DNA of 63,887 nt, counting the filler, from Olpidium bornovanus S191 (lineage: Eukaryota > Fungi > Olpidiomycota), in NCBI GenBank assembly GCA_017911155.1. It is 28 parts of 28 records of this genome, joined end to end, with 100 filler letters (N's around TTAATTAATTAA, not from the genome) between each part and the next. Parts side by side here need not be neighbours in the genome. Positions count along the whole stretch, not along the records: positions 44,590 to 47,175 come from JAEFCI010003199.1; positions 47,276 to 48,711 come from JAEFCI010011662.1; positions 48,812 to 52,893 come from JAEFCI010009691.1; positions 52,994 to 55,116 come from JAEFCI010008132.1; positions 55,217 to 56,872 come from JAEFCI010010509.1; 23 more parts are not named here. One strand, 5' to 3'. Positions 45,851 to 56,673 of the stretch are shown one piece after another. A program made the position numbers and the translations under genes. The notes under the pieces were generated by a model. The model worked only from the letters and a program-made list of their open reading frames with translations. It ran no database searches and had not been told where the DNA came from. Position 1 is the first letter of the stretch. Each line of letters starts with the position of its first letter.

Positions 45851-46608
45851 TGGGTGTTATACTTTCAGTTTTTATTTCTAGATTTTTTTTTTTTTTTTTC
45901 TTTCCGTCCTGCGCGAGGTGCAAGTATTTTGCTTTGGACGAGCCACTGGCTTTGGGAGGGGAGGGCTGGGCGAAGAGCAAATTGCGGGAGCGCCGTTCGC
46001 CGTTGCTTGGTATTTGTTAAGTGGGCAAGAGTCGGTTGTTGTGCGAAGCTGTCTCTTCCACCGCAATAGCCGCACGGAAATGTTTGTGGAGCGTGTATAA
46101 TCTCTCGCCGGAGCGGCGATTACAGCATTTGCTATTATCCATCATCCGTCAGTCTACAAGCATTGCGAGCGTTTGTCGAAGGCGAATTCCTACCATTCAC
46201 GCTTATCTTTTTTTTTTCGAGCACTGTAAAAAAAAAAAAAATTCGCCTGCTGCGCAGGGAGCACGTTTTGCGGCAGGCCGCACCGCGAGTCTCGTGATCC
46301 CGTAAAACCGTCTCTCAGACGCGTGGGAGAGGGGGGAAAAAAAAAAAAAAGAAAGAAAAAAAAAAAAGAGGAACAACTGAGAAACAGGGGCGGCGGTTCC
46401 CTCTCACTCCTGCGCACTTCCTCGTTTCTGCCGTATCGCTGGCCGTTTCTTGCCGTCCCGTGTTTTTTTCTCCTTCGTTTTTTTTTCCTTTTTTTTTCCT
46501 TTTTTTATTTCGCGGTTTTAAGAAACCGATAGAGTTGAGGAAGAGGCGCTGGGGACAGGGAGAAGGGGAGGAGTAAGCCCCGGTAACGCCGGGCGCCAAA
46601 GCCGTGTT

Positions 46609-46639
<31 letters not shown>

Positions 46640-46929
46640 ATGTGTGTGTGGGTGTCCGGGCGGAAACTTTGGGTGGGCGTGCGTTTGCGCGTGCGCGCGC
46701 GCGCGGCTTTCGCGCGTGCTGGCCGCACGAACGGAACGGCGGGGAAGTTTGCGTGGGAAACCACACAGGCGGGCCGCGAAAGAAGAAGAAAAAAAAAAAA
46801 AAAAAAACTGAGAGAACATTTTTTATTGCTCTCCGCCCGACGCGTTTTTTTTTGTTTTTTTTTTTTTCGGGCCGGTCGGCTTCCCCCCCACCCGGCCTTT
46901 TCTTTTTTCTCTCATTATCCATCGCGTGC

Positions 46930-46967
<38 letters not shown>

Positions 46968-47275
46968 CCTTTGACTCAATTTTATTTTCTCTTATTTTTT
47001 TGGGTGCGGGGAAAGGGGGGCGGACCCGGCGCGCCCGTGGCCGTTCACGCGCCGCCCCGGCCCCCGTCACGCCGCCTGACACGAAACCCCTTTCCCCTCC
47101 TCCCCCCCCCGATCAAAACCAAAAAAAAAATGGAAAACAACCAAAAAACGGAAAAGAAAGGCAGACCGCGCATGANNNNNNNNNNNNNNNNNNNNNNNNN
47201 NNNNNNNNNNNNNNNNNNNTTAATTAATTAANNNNNNNNNNNNNNNNNNNNNNNNNNNNNNNNNNNNNNNNNNNN

Positions 47276-47795
47276 CGGGACGCGACGGTGAGGCGGCTTG
47301 TGCGTCTCCCGGTACCGAGAATCGCGGGATGGGCCGACTCGACACTGCCACGGTCAACGGCGGCGGCATTTCCAATATTGGTATGGCCGCAACATGGATG
47401 ACGCTTCCCGCGAGCGCGGCGCTCACGCCAGCGTTCTCCGGGGTCGCCTGAGTATGAACCGGTGAAGGTGCCGGTGAAGGTGCCGGTGCAGGGGCCGGTG
47501 CAGGGGCCAGTGCAGGGGCCGGTGCAGGGCCCGGCGCAGGGACTGGTGCAGGGGTTGCTGCAGTGGCCGATACGGGGGCAGAGGCAGGGGCCGGTGCAGG
47601 ATCCTTCGCCCGGGCCGGCCACTTGAGCTGAAGCCTTCGTTTGAGCGGCCGGCCGTTCGTGTCCGCCCCCTGCATTTTTCGCGGCCGATTCGTCGCCGCT
47701 GTTATGTGCTTCGGCGCCAGCGGCGGGCTCTCCGCTGTCGGCACGAACTCGAAGAGCAACCGCAATTCATCCTGGATGCTGTACTGCTGAGCCAT
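47276..47795 (-). CDS. Hypothetical protein N-terminus with Pro-Ala repeats, 3' truncated
   Basis: MAQQYSIQDELRLLFEF... then a PAPAPA tract encoded by degenerate 12-nt repeats (47460-47600). The frame is open to the contig end. Confidence 0.45.
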
Positions 47796-47959
47796 CTGGA
47801 TTCCTCGTTCGAAAGGCACCCAGGTTCCTGTGTTCGAAAGAGGAGCAAAGACAAAAAGCAAGTGTGAGAAAAGGATGGAAGGAGAACGGGAAGAACCGCA
47901 GGAAAACGACGGAAAAAGGGCGGTGGGGGTAAGGAGCACGGGGAATTCAAGATTGGTGA

Positions 47960-48565
47960 TAAGCAGGAAAAAGTGCAAAGGATCCGTAAGTTTAGTGAGA
48001 AAAAGAACCGATTGAGGGAAACGCCAGTGGAAATAATGGCAAGAAGGAAAAAAAAATTACAAACGTTGAGTTTTCGAGATGAAAATAACCGATTGAAAAG
48101 TACACCAGTGGAATGAATGGTTACCACGACCAAATTGCAAAGGGTTCAAAATGCAAACGTGAGATTTCGGGAGAAAAACGACCGATTGAGAAAAACACCA
48201 GTAGAATGCGTTGTAAACAAGGGGAAAAAAATATCAAAGGATTCGGACCGCCAACGTGAGTTTTCAGGAAAAAAAAAACAACCGATTGCAAAGAACACCA
48301 GTGGAGTGAGTGGTAAACAGGAAAGACATATTCGCATAGGATTGAGAGTGCAAATGCAAATTTTCAGAAAAAAACAACCGATTGAAAAAGACATTAGTAG
48401 AATGAGTGGTAAGCAGTAAAAAGAATTGCGGTGAATTCAGGCTGCAAAAATTTTCAGGAGAGTAACAACCGATTTAAAAGAAAAAAACACCAGTAGAATG
48501 GGTGGTAAGCAGTAAAAAAAAAAAGTCGCAAAGGATTTAGACTGCAAACGTGAGTTATCGAAAGA
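47960..48565. repeat. Degenerate tandem repeat, 6 units with 81-100 bp period
   Basis: The core (A/G)ACCGATT(G)...ACACCAGT(A/G)GAATG occurs at 48006, 48087, 48180, 48280, 48376 and 48467. A second conserved block TGCAAACGTGAGTTTTC lies between cores. Confidence 0.9.
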
Positions 48566-48811
48566 AAGCACAACAGACTGGGAAAAAAACCATGATAGCA
48601 AGGAAAAAATTACAGAAGGACAAAGACCGTTCGTCTGCTCAAACTTTTTTATATATCGTGGGGAATGGAGTGGCGCGAACGAGAAAGACAGAGACGCAAA
48701 AACACGCACGANNNNNNNNNNNNNNNNNNNNNNNNNNNNNNNNNNNNNNNNNNNNTTAATTAATTAANNNNNNNNNNNNNNNNNNNNNNNNNNNNNNNNN
48801 NNNNNNNNNNN

Positions 48812-50291
48812 CATGGCAGTAGATACCGGATTTCAACAAAACCTGTGCAGATCTTAGACACTTTCACCTTACCAGGGGGGATATTCACCAGGACACGGTT
48901 GGTTTGGTTGACCTGACCTGAGCCACCGCAAGTTTGGCAGCGGTCTGCCGCAGAAACTTTGACTCCTTGCCCACCGCAGGCATCGCATTGACTGACGAAG
49001 ACGAACGGCATAGTGTTCCTATGTATCCCCCCTGTGCCGCCGCATTTGCGGCATTTCTGGGGTGTAGAACCAGGCTTGGCTCCTTTCCCAAAGCACGTCT
49101 TGCATGACACAACACGAGGAACCTCGATCGGAAAAGTTTTCCCGTGCACAGCATCCATGAAATCGATATCGAGACGAATGGTGAAGCCACCCTCGCTCTG
49201 GCGTCCAAATCCGCCACCGAACATCTTATTTAGAATCTCATCCTGGATGTTCCCGAAGCCGCCCGCTTGGAAGCCTCCTCCGAAACCTCCCGGAAACCCG
49301 CCAGGGAAACCGCCAGGAAAACCGCCAGGAAAACCGCCCGGGAACCCTTGCGCACCACCCCCGCCTGCAGTGTTCCCTACCAAGAACGAGTGTTAGAGGA
49401 AGCCGGCGTTCCCTTTCTCCGTAAAACGGAAAATGAATCTTACCGGTTTGCCCAAATTTGTCATACATCTCTCGCTTCTTTTCGTCTGACAATATCTAGG
49501 TCACATACAGCAAGCGAGTTACCGCGACTGTGGGCAGTGCCTTCGCGTGTTCAAAACGGCCATTCCCGTCACATACATCATAAGCTTCTTGAACTTTCAC
49601 GAACTTCTCGTGCGCGTCGCTGTCCTTATTCGCGTCTGGGTGATACTTCTTCGCCAACTGATAATAGGCTTTTTTGATGTCTGCTGCTGACGCATCTCGT
49701 TTCACGCCGAGCGTTTCATAAGGGTCGGCTACACTTGCTCTCACCGAAGCGCTTGCGTGAAACAAACGGCAGTGTGCTCCTGTTCGTCGGCGCCCGAGGC
49801 AGAACTCGTCAATCCGACACTTCGGCAGGCCGAGAAGCTTTCTGCTGCGGCACCAGCAAAAGCTTTGGACACACAAAGCGGCGGCACAAGGTGTATACGC
49901 TTCAAAAATAGGAGGCGGCTTTCCACGGCCAACGGCACTTGCGGCACAAAGGGGCCGCCCGGGCTTCAAGCGTACCTTGCCGGACGCGTGATCGCGGCCG
50001 CGTGACCTGGTGAACGCCGACAAAAACAACCGCGAAGAAGGGATTTTTGTCGTCCCGCCCTCGTGCCGCGAGGCCTGCGGTTCTCAGCCGCGCGGCGGGA
50101 CTGACGAAGCGCCGAACAGCAACGACCTTGGCGCCCAGTATGCCAAGCGACCGCGGACGAGGCGACGCAAACGAGGCGACGGCAGCGGCCGTGGAGGATT
50201 GCGCAGCGGCGGGCCCGCGCCCGGACCGCGCGGCCGCCTCCTCCGCGGCAACGCAGGTGCACCACTTAAACAGCGGCGCGGGAGCCCTCAT
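48812..50291 (-). CDS. MDJ1: Mitochondrial DnaJ/Hsp40 (Mdj1/DNAJA3 type), 3' truncated
   Basis: An Arg/Ala-rich presequence-like N-terminus precedes a J domain ([34 protein letters not shown]), a G/F region with GFPG repeats and four CxxCxGxG motifs. The start codon is tentative. Confidence 0.92.
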
Positions 50292-50820
50292 TGGGGCCGC
50301 GTGGAGTTCGTGCGATTTAAACGTGTCCGCTGCTGCTGCTGCTGCTGCTGCGGGGTGCTTCCGTTCCGCCGACGTGTGGAGATTTTGGGTTCTCTCTCTC
50401 TCTGTGGCGGGGCGGGGGCGGGGGCGCGTGCGGTTCTTTGGGGAGTCCGTCTCGGCTGTTTACATGCGCAGATTGCTGTGCGAAAGAGAAAAAAAAGGAA
50501 AAAATAAATAAAAGTAAATAAAAAAAGCGGAATCCCCTCTGTCCTAACCCAACACCTGTTTGGATATTCACAAAAAACCCCCCTTTAACAAATGGCCCCG
50601 ATTGAATGGATGCTTTTCGTCCATTCACTCTAACCTTTCCTATTCGTTCGCGGTTCTTCGTCTCCACCCATACATCCCCTTTGACCAACCGATCCCCCGC
50701 GCGTATCTCTATTTTCTCGTGCGCGGCCTGCCCTGCCGGTGACACACCTCTGTCTTACTTCGGCCCCGCGTCGCCGCCCCCTCGTGAGACGTTTGCTCCT
50801 CGCCGCTCGCGACGGCACGC

Positions 50821-51225
50821 GACACACTGTCACACGTGTTAGCCTGCTGCACGCGCATGCGGCTGTTTCCCTCGACATAGATGCGACATACCTCGAGATG
50901 TCTCGCAACTTCGCACGCGACATCACACGCAAAGTCTACACAAGAATTGCGTATCAAGATCTCGCGACATTTGCACAGAGACATTGAACGACAACGTCCT
51001 CGTAATGCAGCATGACTAAAAACTCGTACTGCGGCACGATGTCAACAGAAAGGCGTTAGGTGACAGCTCGGCCGTGGTGGTGCGGCAACATCTCATCACG
51101 TGACATTGCAGCTGACATTTTGAGTGAAATGTCGCGTAGCGTCGCATCGCAAAGTCTTTGGGCTACGGGACGTCTCGTTGAAGTTGTCAATAAGGTGTCA
51201 ACGTGATTTTGCATCGCATTGTCAC
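50821..51225. repeat. Non-coding segment dense in GACA/TGTC motifs
   Basis: 17 GACA or TGTC tetramers counted in about 400 bp, often as CGACAT or TGACAT, versus roughly 3 expected at random. Confidence 0.55.
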
Positions 51226-51952
51226 CAACGTCACGACGGTGGCATGTATTAGAAACCCACACGCCGTCACGGATTCGGGGCAGTTATTCTTTTGTCAAAG
51301 TCATTTATTTCGGTGTTTTACATCCGCCCTGGTGAGGGCGTTTGTACGGGGGTCTATTTGGAAGCGTGCGAGTACAGCTTGATTTATGTGGGGCCAATAT
51401 CGGATTCCGAGAGCTGCTCTCGTTCGCCCGCACGGCGGTTAGCAGCGCATTTTGCTGCGCGGCGCACAACAAATATCAACGTTGCACAAGTGCAATTGGA
51501 GTGAACCAGATCTTGGGTCGCACGATAATCAGACGTCACCGTGTGTCTTTAAGCGTGGACATTCCCTTCAGCACACCGCTGTCCAGGGTGTGAAAGTGGA
51601 ATTCAACACTCTAGCGCAATGATCAAATAGTAACAAGGTGGAGCACCGCGGCCGGCGGGCGGCAGGAAGAACACACGACCGCGACATCGGCCTAAGCTAC
51701 TGTTCTTTATGTGAGGATTGGAGTTGTTAGCCAAGTGACTTCCAGCTCAGTAGCAACGCCAATGTAATGACAGCCATCGGCGTGAGCTCTTCCCGGAAAC
51801 TCCAAACGCAGCGATGTGCCAAGACAGTTAGGACTGGCTGGTCCGCTGTGATTTCTGTGAAAAGAATTCACAAGGACCACCGCAGGATCCTGCCGCAACC
51901 GCCGCTGCCCAGCCCACACGACTCCGCACTCTGGGCTAAAGTAACCCAGTGA

Positions 51953-52209
51953 GAGAGACACGCTTCCCAGCACCCGGACAGCCTGGTGAGAGCGAACGCG
52001 CTCGAGTGCGTGTGCACTCCAGGCTTGATGAATGCCAGCCAAGAGATGCAGTCGCGCGCTCTTCGCGGAGGGGGCAGCGACGCTTCCGACAATACCGGAG
52101 GCCGGGCTTTGCACTATGAGCTCGGACCACAGCCCATAGCGTGAGAGACACGCTTCTCTGCCACCGGGACGGCCTGGTGAGAGCGAACGCGCTGGCATGC
52201 ATGCACTCC
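51953..52209. repeat. Diverged direct duplication (about 68-bp conserved block, 190-bp period)
   Basis: GAGAGACACGCTTC...GCCTGGTGAGAGCGAACGCGCT...TGCACTCC at 51953-52020 and 52143-52209. Confidence 0.8.
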
Positions 52210-52739
52210 GCCTTGTGCCACGCACGCCCCGACGTGCGGGGAAACCGTCTGCGCTGCGAACTGTGGGCGGCCATGGGGTCTGAAATTGGGAAGAGAACAA
52301 CAGACTACTGACCTTGCACGTTTAGGTCTTTGTCGTGTCCAGAGCGCTCGTCGGGGGTGGGGAGGTGGGAGGCGAGCAGCCTTCGTCGCGTCTCACCGCG
52401 GACGGAGCGTGTGGATGTGAGAATCGAGCGCTTTTGCAAAATGCGCGCGGAGCGGTGCGGATGTGGATCTGAGAGGCGAGGCAAGCGAGGGCAGCCTGCC
52501 TTGCGCGCGCGGGAAGGGGACGCGGTACGCGGGCGGGGCGTCGGACGCCGGGCGCAGCCTCTTCCTTGTTTGGTTTTTGGCATGGAGTACTGAAGGGAGT
52601 AGGGTGAATTTGCGCCATGAGGTGGAGTATATGCGGTTCTATGTTGGATTTTAGATGTCGGCGTGGGTCTTGGAAAATTCGCCAGTTGAAGAAGAACGAA
52701 AATGTAGGACGGGCGTGGTACATGGGCCGGAGGTTCCTG

Positions 52740-52893
52740 TCACGGAGGAATCTCGTCTTTGCTTCCGTACACCATGAACGGCACCTCAACCACGCGATCT
52801 AGACTCCTGTAGCAGTCGCTCACAACGAATATTGTCCAGTTGTGAATTCCTGGGCGGGAGGGTGCCGGAAGCTTGATAGTCGCAGTCGCAGTC
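52740..52893 (-). CDS. Terminal exon of a Sec63-domain protein (Sec63, Brr2, Slh1/ASCC3 or Mer3 type)
   Basis: ATIKLPAPSRPGIHNWTIFVVSDCYRSLDRVVEVPFMV...* matches the Sec63-domain C-terminus pattern KLxFxAPxxPGxYxYTLYxxSDSYxGxDQ. Confidence 0.65.
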
Positions 52894-52993
52894 NNNNNNN
52901 NNNNNNNNNNNNNNNNNNNNNNNNNNNNNNNNNNNNNTTAATTAATTAANNNNNNNNNNNNNNNNNNNNNNNNNNNNNNNNNNNNNNNNNNNN

Positions 52994-53035
<42 letters not shown>

Positions 53036-53507
53036 CCCCCTTCACCCCGACCCCCCCCTTCAACCCGACCCCCCCCTTCAACCCGAACCCCTCCCTCCCC
53101 CCCACCCCACCGCCCCCCGTCCCCTCCCTTCCTCTCTCTTTTTTTTTGGCCGGGGGGGGGGGGGGGTGGGGGGGGGGGGGGGGGGGGGGGGGGCCGGATG
53201 TCGGTGCCCGCGGTCGACGGATATAGTTGCGTTTGGCTTCTCCCGCGCTTTCCACTCTCCGGAACCTCTTCGCGGGGTTTCCTTCTTCGACCACCGAGTT
53301 CTGCGGAAGGAGGCGCTTTAAGTCGGGCCCGGCCGGTGTCACCGGCACCAACGGCAGCAGAATGGTGTACTGGGGAGGTTTTGGCCGGCGAACCACAGAG
53401 GGTTGACGCCCGTGCCGTCCAAAACCTCCTCTTGTCGGGCCTAGTTGCCATATCGTTTCGTTGCTGTGGCTTACGTGATGTGGTCCGCATTTCCTGCAAA
53501 CCGCCAG

Positions 53508-54201
53508 CCCGTGGGTCATCGTCAACGACATTGGCGGTGCGTTCTGCATGGGCGCCATTGGCGGCGCGATATGGCACTCCGTCAAGGGGGCGAAGAACTC
53601 TCCAAAGGTACGGAAACCCGTCGTTTCAACACGTCGTTCATGCGTGCAAGACGCGCTTTCGGGGAAATTGAACATTTTTACGGTTTGCTTTTCTTCGTTA
53701 GGGCGAACGCATAATCGGAGCCGTGTCCGCCGCAAAGGTGCGCGCGCCAGTTCTCGGAGGTAACTTCGCCGTGTGGGGCGGACTGTTTTCGACGTTCGAC
53801 TGCGGGATCAAGGGCATACGGCAAAAAGAGGACCCCTGGAATTCCATCGCGTCAGGGTTCCTTACCGGCGGCGTCCTGGCTCTGAGAAGTGAGTGTGGTC
53901 GCCGAGACGCCGCCCGTGCTGCCGGGGTGAAGGGGGGGGGGGGATTGGGCTTTTCGAAAACAATCGCATCCTGCCCGTGACTCCGGTGATCTGACTCGCC
54001 GGCGTGTCGGCTTCGCAACTGGCGTATTCTTGCGCTTTGCCAAAAACAGGCGGGCCCCGAGCGGCGACCGTCTCCGCCGTCGTTGGCGGCATTCTCCTCG
54101 CTGCTATTGAAGGCGTCGGCATCGTGACTGCCCGGTATTTCACGCCTCAGCCCGTGGCTCCCCCCTTACCCGAACCGGCTGCTGCGCCCGCTGCTCCATA
54201 A
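53508..54201 (+). CDS. TIM17: Mitochondrial inner-membrane translocase Tim17 (first exon not located)
   Basis: [95 protein letters not shown]/...[10 protein letters not shown]. Confidence 0.96.
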
Positions 54202-55334
54202 TAGACGGGAGGAGAGGCGGAATGCAGATGTGAGCCCCGAGTGTGAAGTCCGAGTGCGGTGTGTGCAGTGTGCCATTTGTAGATGGGAAGTCTGCTGTCA
54301 AATCCGAGCACTTTTTGTTTCGTTTATATTTAGATTCTTGATACCCCCTTCCCCTTCCCACATCACTATACCGGTCTGTAGTTTCAGGGATGTAGAGAAG
54401 TCGATGTTGCGCTCCGCCTGCTGGCGCGAGCAAGTGTCACGTTTGCATTCGTGTGACGCTTGCGAGGTATTTCCCCCACCCCCCCTTCCCGTCCTTTTGA
54501 CGGGTCACAAACATTTGACCTGCAGTTCCTGTCTAAATCGCGCTGGATCGGCTCAAAGGCCTGGTTTGTTCTAATTGCGCAGTGCGCTGCGTTTTTACCT
54601 GTTGACCGCCTTACCCTGGTTTGCGTACGCTTCCCATCTGCCGCCCGACTTCCCTCGCCCACTTTTTTTGAACACACTCTTTTGTAAAAGGAGATCAGGG
54701 GTCAGGGTAAACGGGTGTCGCTTTTTTTTGGTTTGCATTCAAACCTGGGATTTGTAGGGCTCTCGAGCTCAGCGACGCGGGACCGTGATATTCCGAGCAC
54801 GAGAACGAACGCAGGGCCCTTTAGCCGTCTCTCTTCGCAAACTGGTGAGGCAGCTTCCACGTAGGTGTAACAAGACAACTATCGATGTGTGCGAATGGCG
54901 CGGGTCGGGAAATTTGCAAATTCGACGAGCCTGGCTCTGGTTCTGGGGACCTGGGGCATAGTGCGACTGCAGATGGTGCAGGGGGGGGGGGGGGGGTCTA
55001 CGAGTCGCGGCGGCGGACCGGGGTGGGCGTGCGCGCGCGGTGCGCCGGGTATGTACCATCCAGCGTTGCGGGCATCTCGAGGAAAACGCCACGGGGGGCC
55101 AATTCTCGGCTTTCCCNNNNNNNNNNNNNNNNNNNNNNNNNNNNNNNNNNNNNNNNNNNNTTAATTAATTAANNNNNNNNNNNNNNNNNNNNNNNNNNNN
55201 NNNNNNNNNNNNNNNNCGTCACCATAAAATTGATATCATCATCGTCGTCATCATCGGCATCATCATCTGCATCTGCAACATTATCGGCGTCATCGTTGTC
55301 ATCACTATCATCATCCATCCACCAAGACACTTCC

Positions 55335-56282
55335 ATGGCGCCTGGTCCCGGGTCCTTCTACCCCAGGGTCACCCGGAACGGGCACATCGGTGGGCCGGCG
55401 TTTTCCATCCAGGGCCGGTTCCGGACGTGGAAGAGCGACGGGAAGGGCGGCAACGGCGGCGGTGGGTAGCACAGCAGCGCGGACGCTTCCTTCGTTTGCC
55501 AGGTTGCGGGACCCGGAGGGCTGGGGGAGGAGAGGGCGGAGCCTGGGCAAGAAAGCCGCCCGCCCCCCCGTCGACGAAGGGGGCGCCGGGGGCGAGGTGG
55601 TGGGGGATGGCTTTTCTTTTTTTCCTTTTTGACGGTTTTCCGGTGAGCGTGACTCGGGTCCCCGCCCGCCCCCTCCCACACACACACACACACAAAAAAA
55701 AAAATAAAAATAAAAAAATAAAAGGGCCGGGGACGGACACCCCGGGTCCCGCGGCGTACAGCATCAAGAACGCGGTGCCAAACCCGCTGAACAACCCGCC
55801 GGCGTACACGATGCTGGGGCGGACCCCGTTGCCGCAGGGTAGGGAAAAAAAAATAATAATAACAATAAAAAAAAAACCAAACAAAAAAGTTCTTTTTCCC
55901 GGAAAGGCGGGAAAAGTGGGGGGGAAGAATGAAAAAAAAGAAAAATCGATTTTTTTTTCTTCCCCCCCTCCCCCCCCCCCCCGGCCGCCAGCGCCCCCGA
56001 CTGAGAAGATGACGGGGCCTTGAACCGACCCGCGCACGAACCGCCCTCTTTCCCTGCTCCCTCTCCCCTCATTTTTTTTTGTTCCTGGTTCCCTTTTCCT
56101 TCCAGAGGACAATAATCCCGGGCCCGCCCAGTACAACATCGGGACGACAATCGGCACCAAGGTCCCCACGGGCCCCTCGGCTCCCGCGAACAGCATCCTC
56201 GGCCAGCGGGTTTACAAAGGTAAATTACACGCATATAATTTTTCTCCCCTCGGTTCCCCAAAAACCCGCCGGCGCTTTTTCT

Positions 56283-56316
<34 letters not shown>

Positions 56317-56673
56317 TTTGTTTGCCTCAGTCAAGCGAAAAGCGAAAAAAACAAAATGTTTTTTACATCAAAAACTTTCGTCCTCATCCGACCGCTGCCC
56401 CCTCCCACAACCCTTCCCCCCCTTTTCCGTTCCACTTTTGCACCACTTTCTTCTTACCTTTCGTTCGCGCTCTCCCCGGTTATTATTTCTTAATTTCTTT
56501 TTTTTTCCGCGGTCTCCCCCCTTCCCCCCCTCTTCCGTCCTCCCACCCCCCCTCCACCCCACCCCCAGTCGTCAGCAGTTCTCCCGGCCCGGCGATGTAC
56601 AACACGCCCGAGGCGAGCAAGCGCATCCTCAAGAGCGCGCCGGCGTACTCGCTGGGGTACAGGATCACCAAGG
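55335..56673 (+). CDS. ODF3/CIMAP1-like SHIPPO (sperm-tail PG-rich) repeat protein, multi-exon, 3' truncated
   Basis: Four exons each carry a PGP(G/A)xY repeat plus a P(A)(F/Y)(S/T)xxGR element: APGPGSFY...GPAFSIQGR; TPGPAAY...PAYTMLGR; NPGPAQYNIGTTIG; SPGPAMYN...APAYSLGYR. Confidence 0.85.

Noticed and set aside
47960-48565. CRISPR-like array (conserved repeat plus variable spacer)
   Set aside because: The spacers are homologous to each other, the cores are degenerate, the period is irregular, the context is eukaryotic and there are no cas genes.
49280-49350. GFPG 12-nt tandem repeat as a novel element
   Set aside because: An ordinary slippage expansion within the G/F-rich region of a type I DnaJ.
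22432-56673. A physical cluster of ciliary genes
   Set aside because: IFT54, PROSER3-like, MOK and ODF3-like lie on different contigs joined arbitrarily by linkers.
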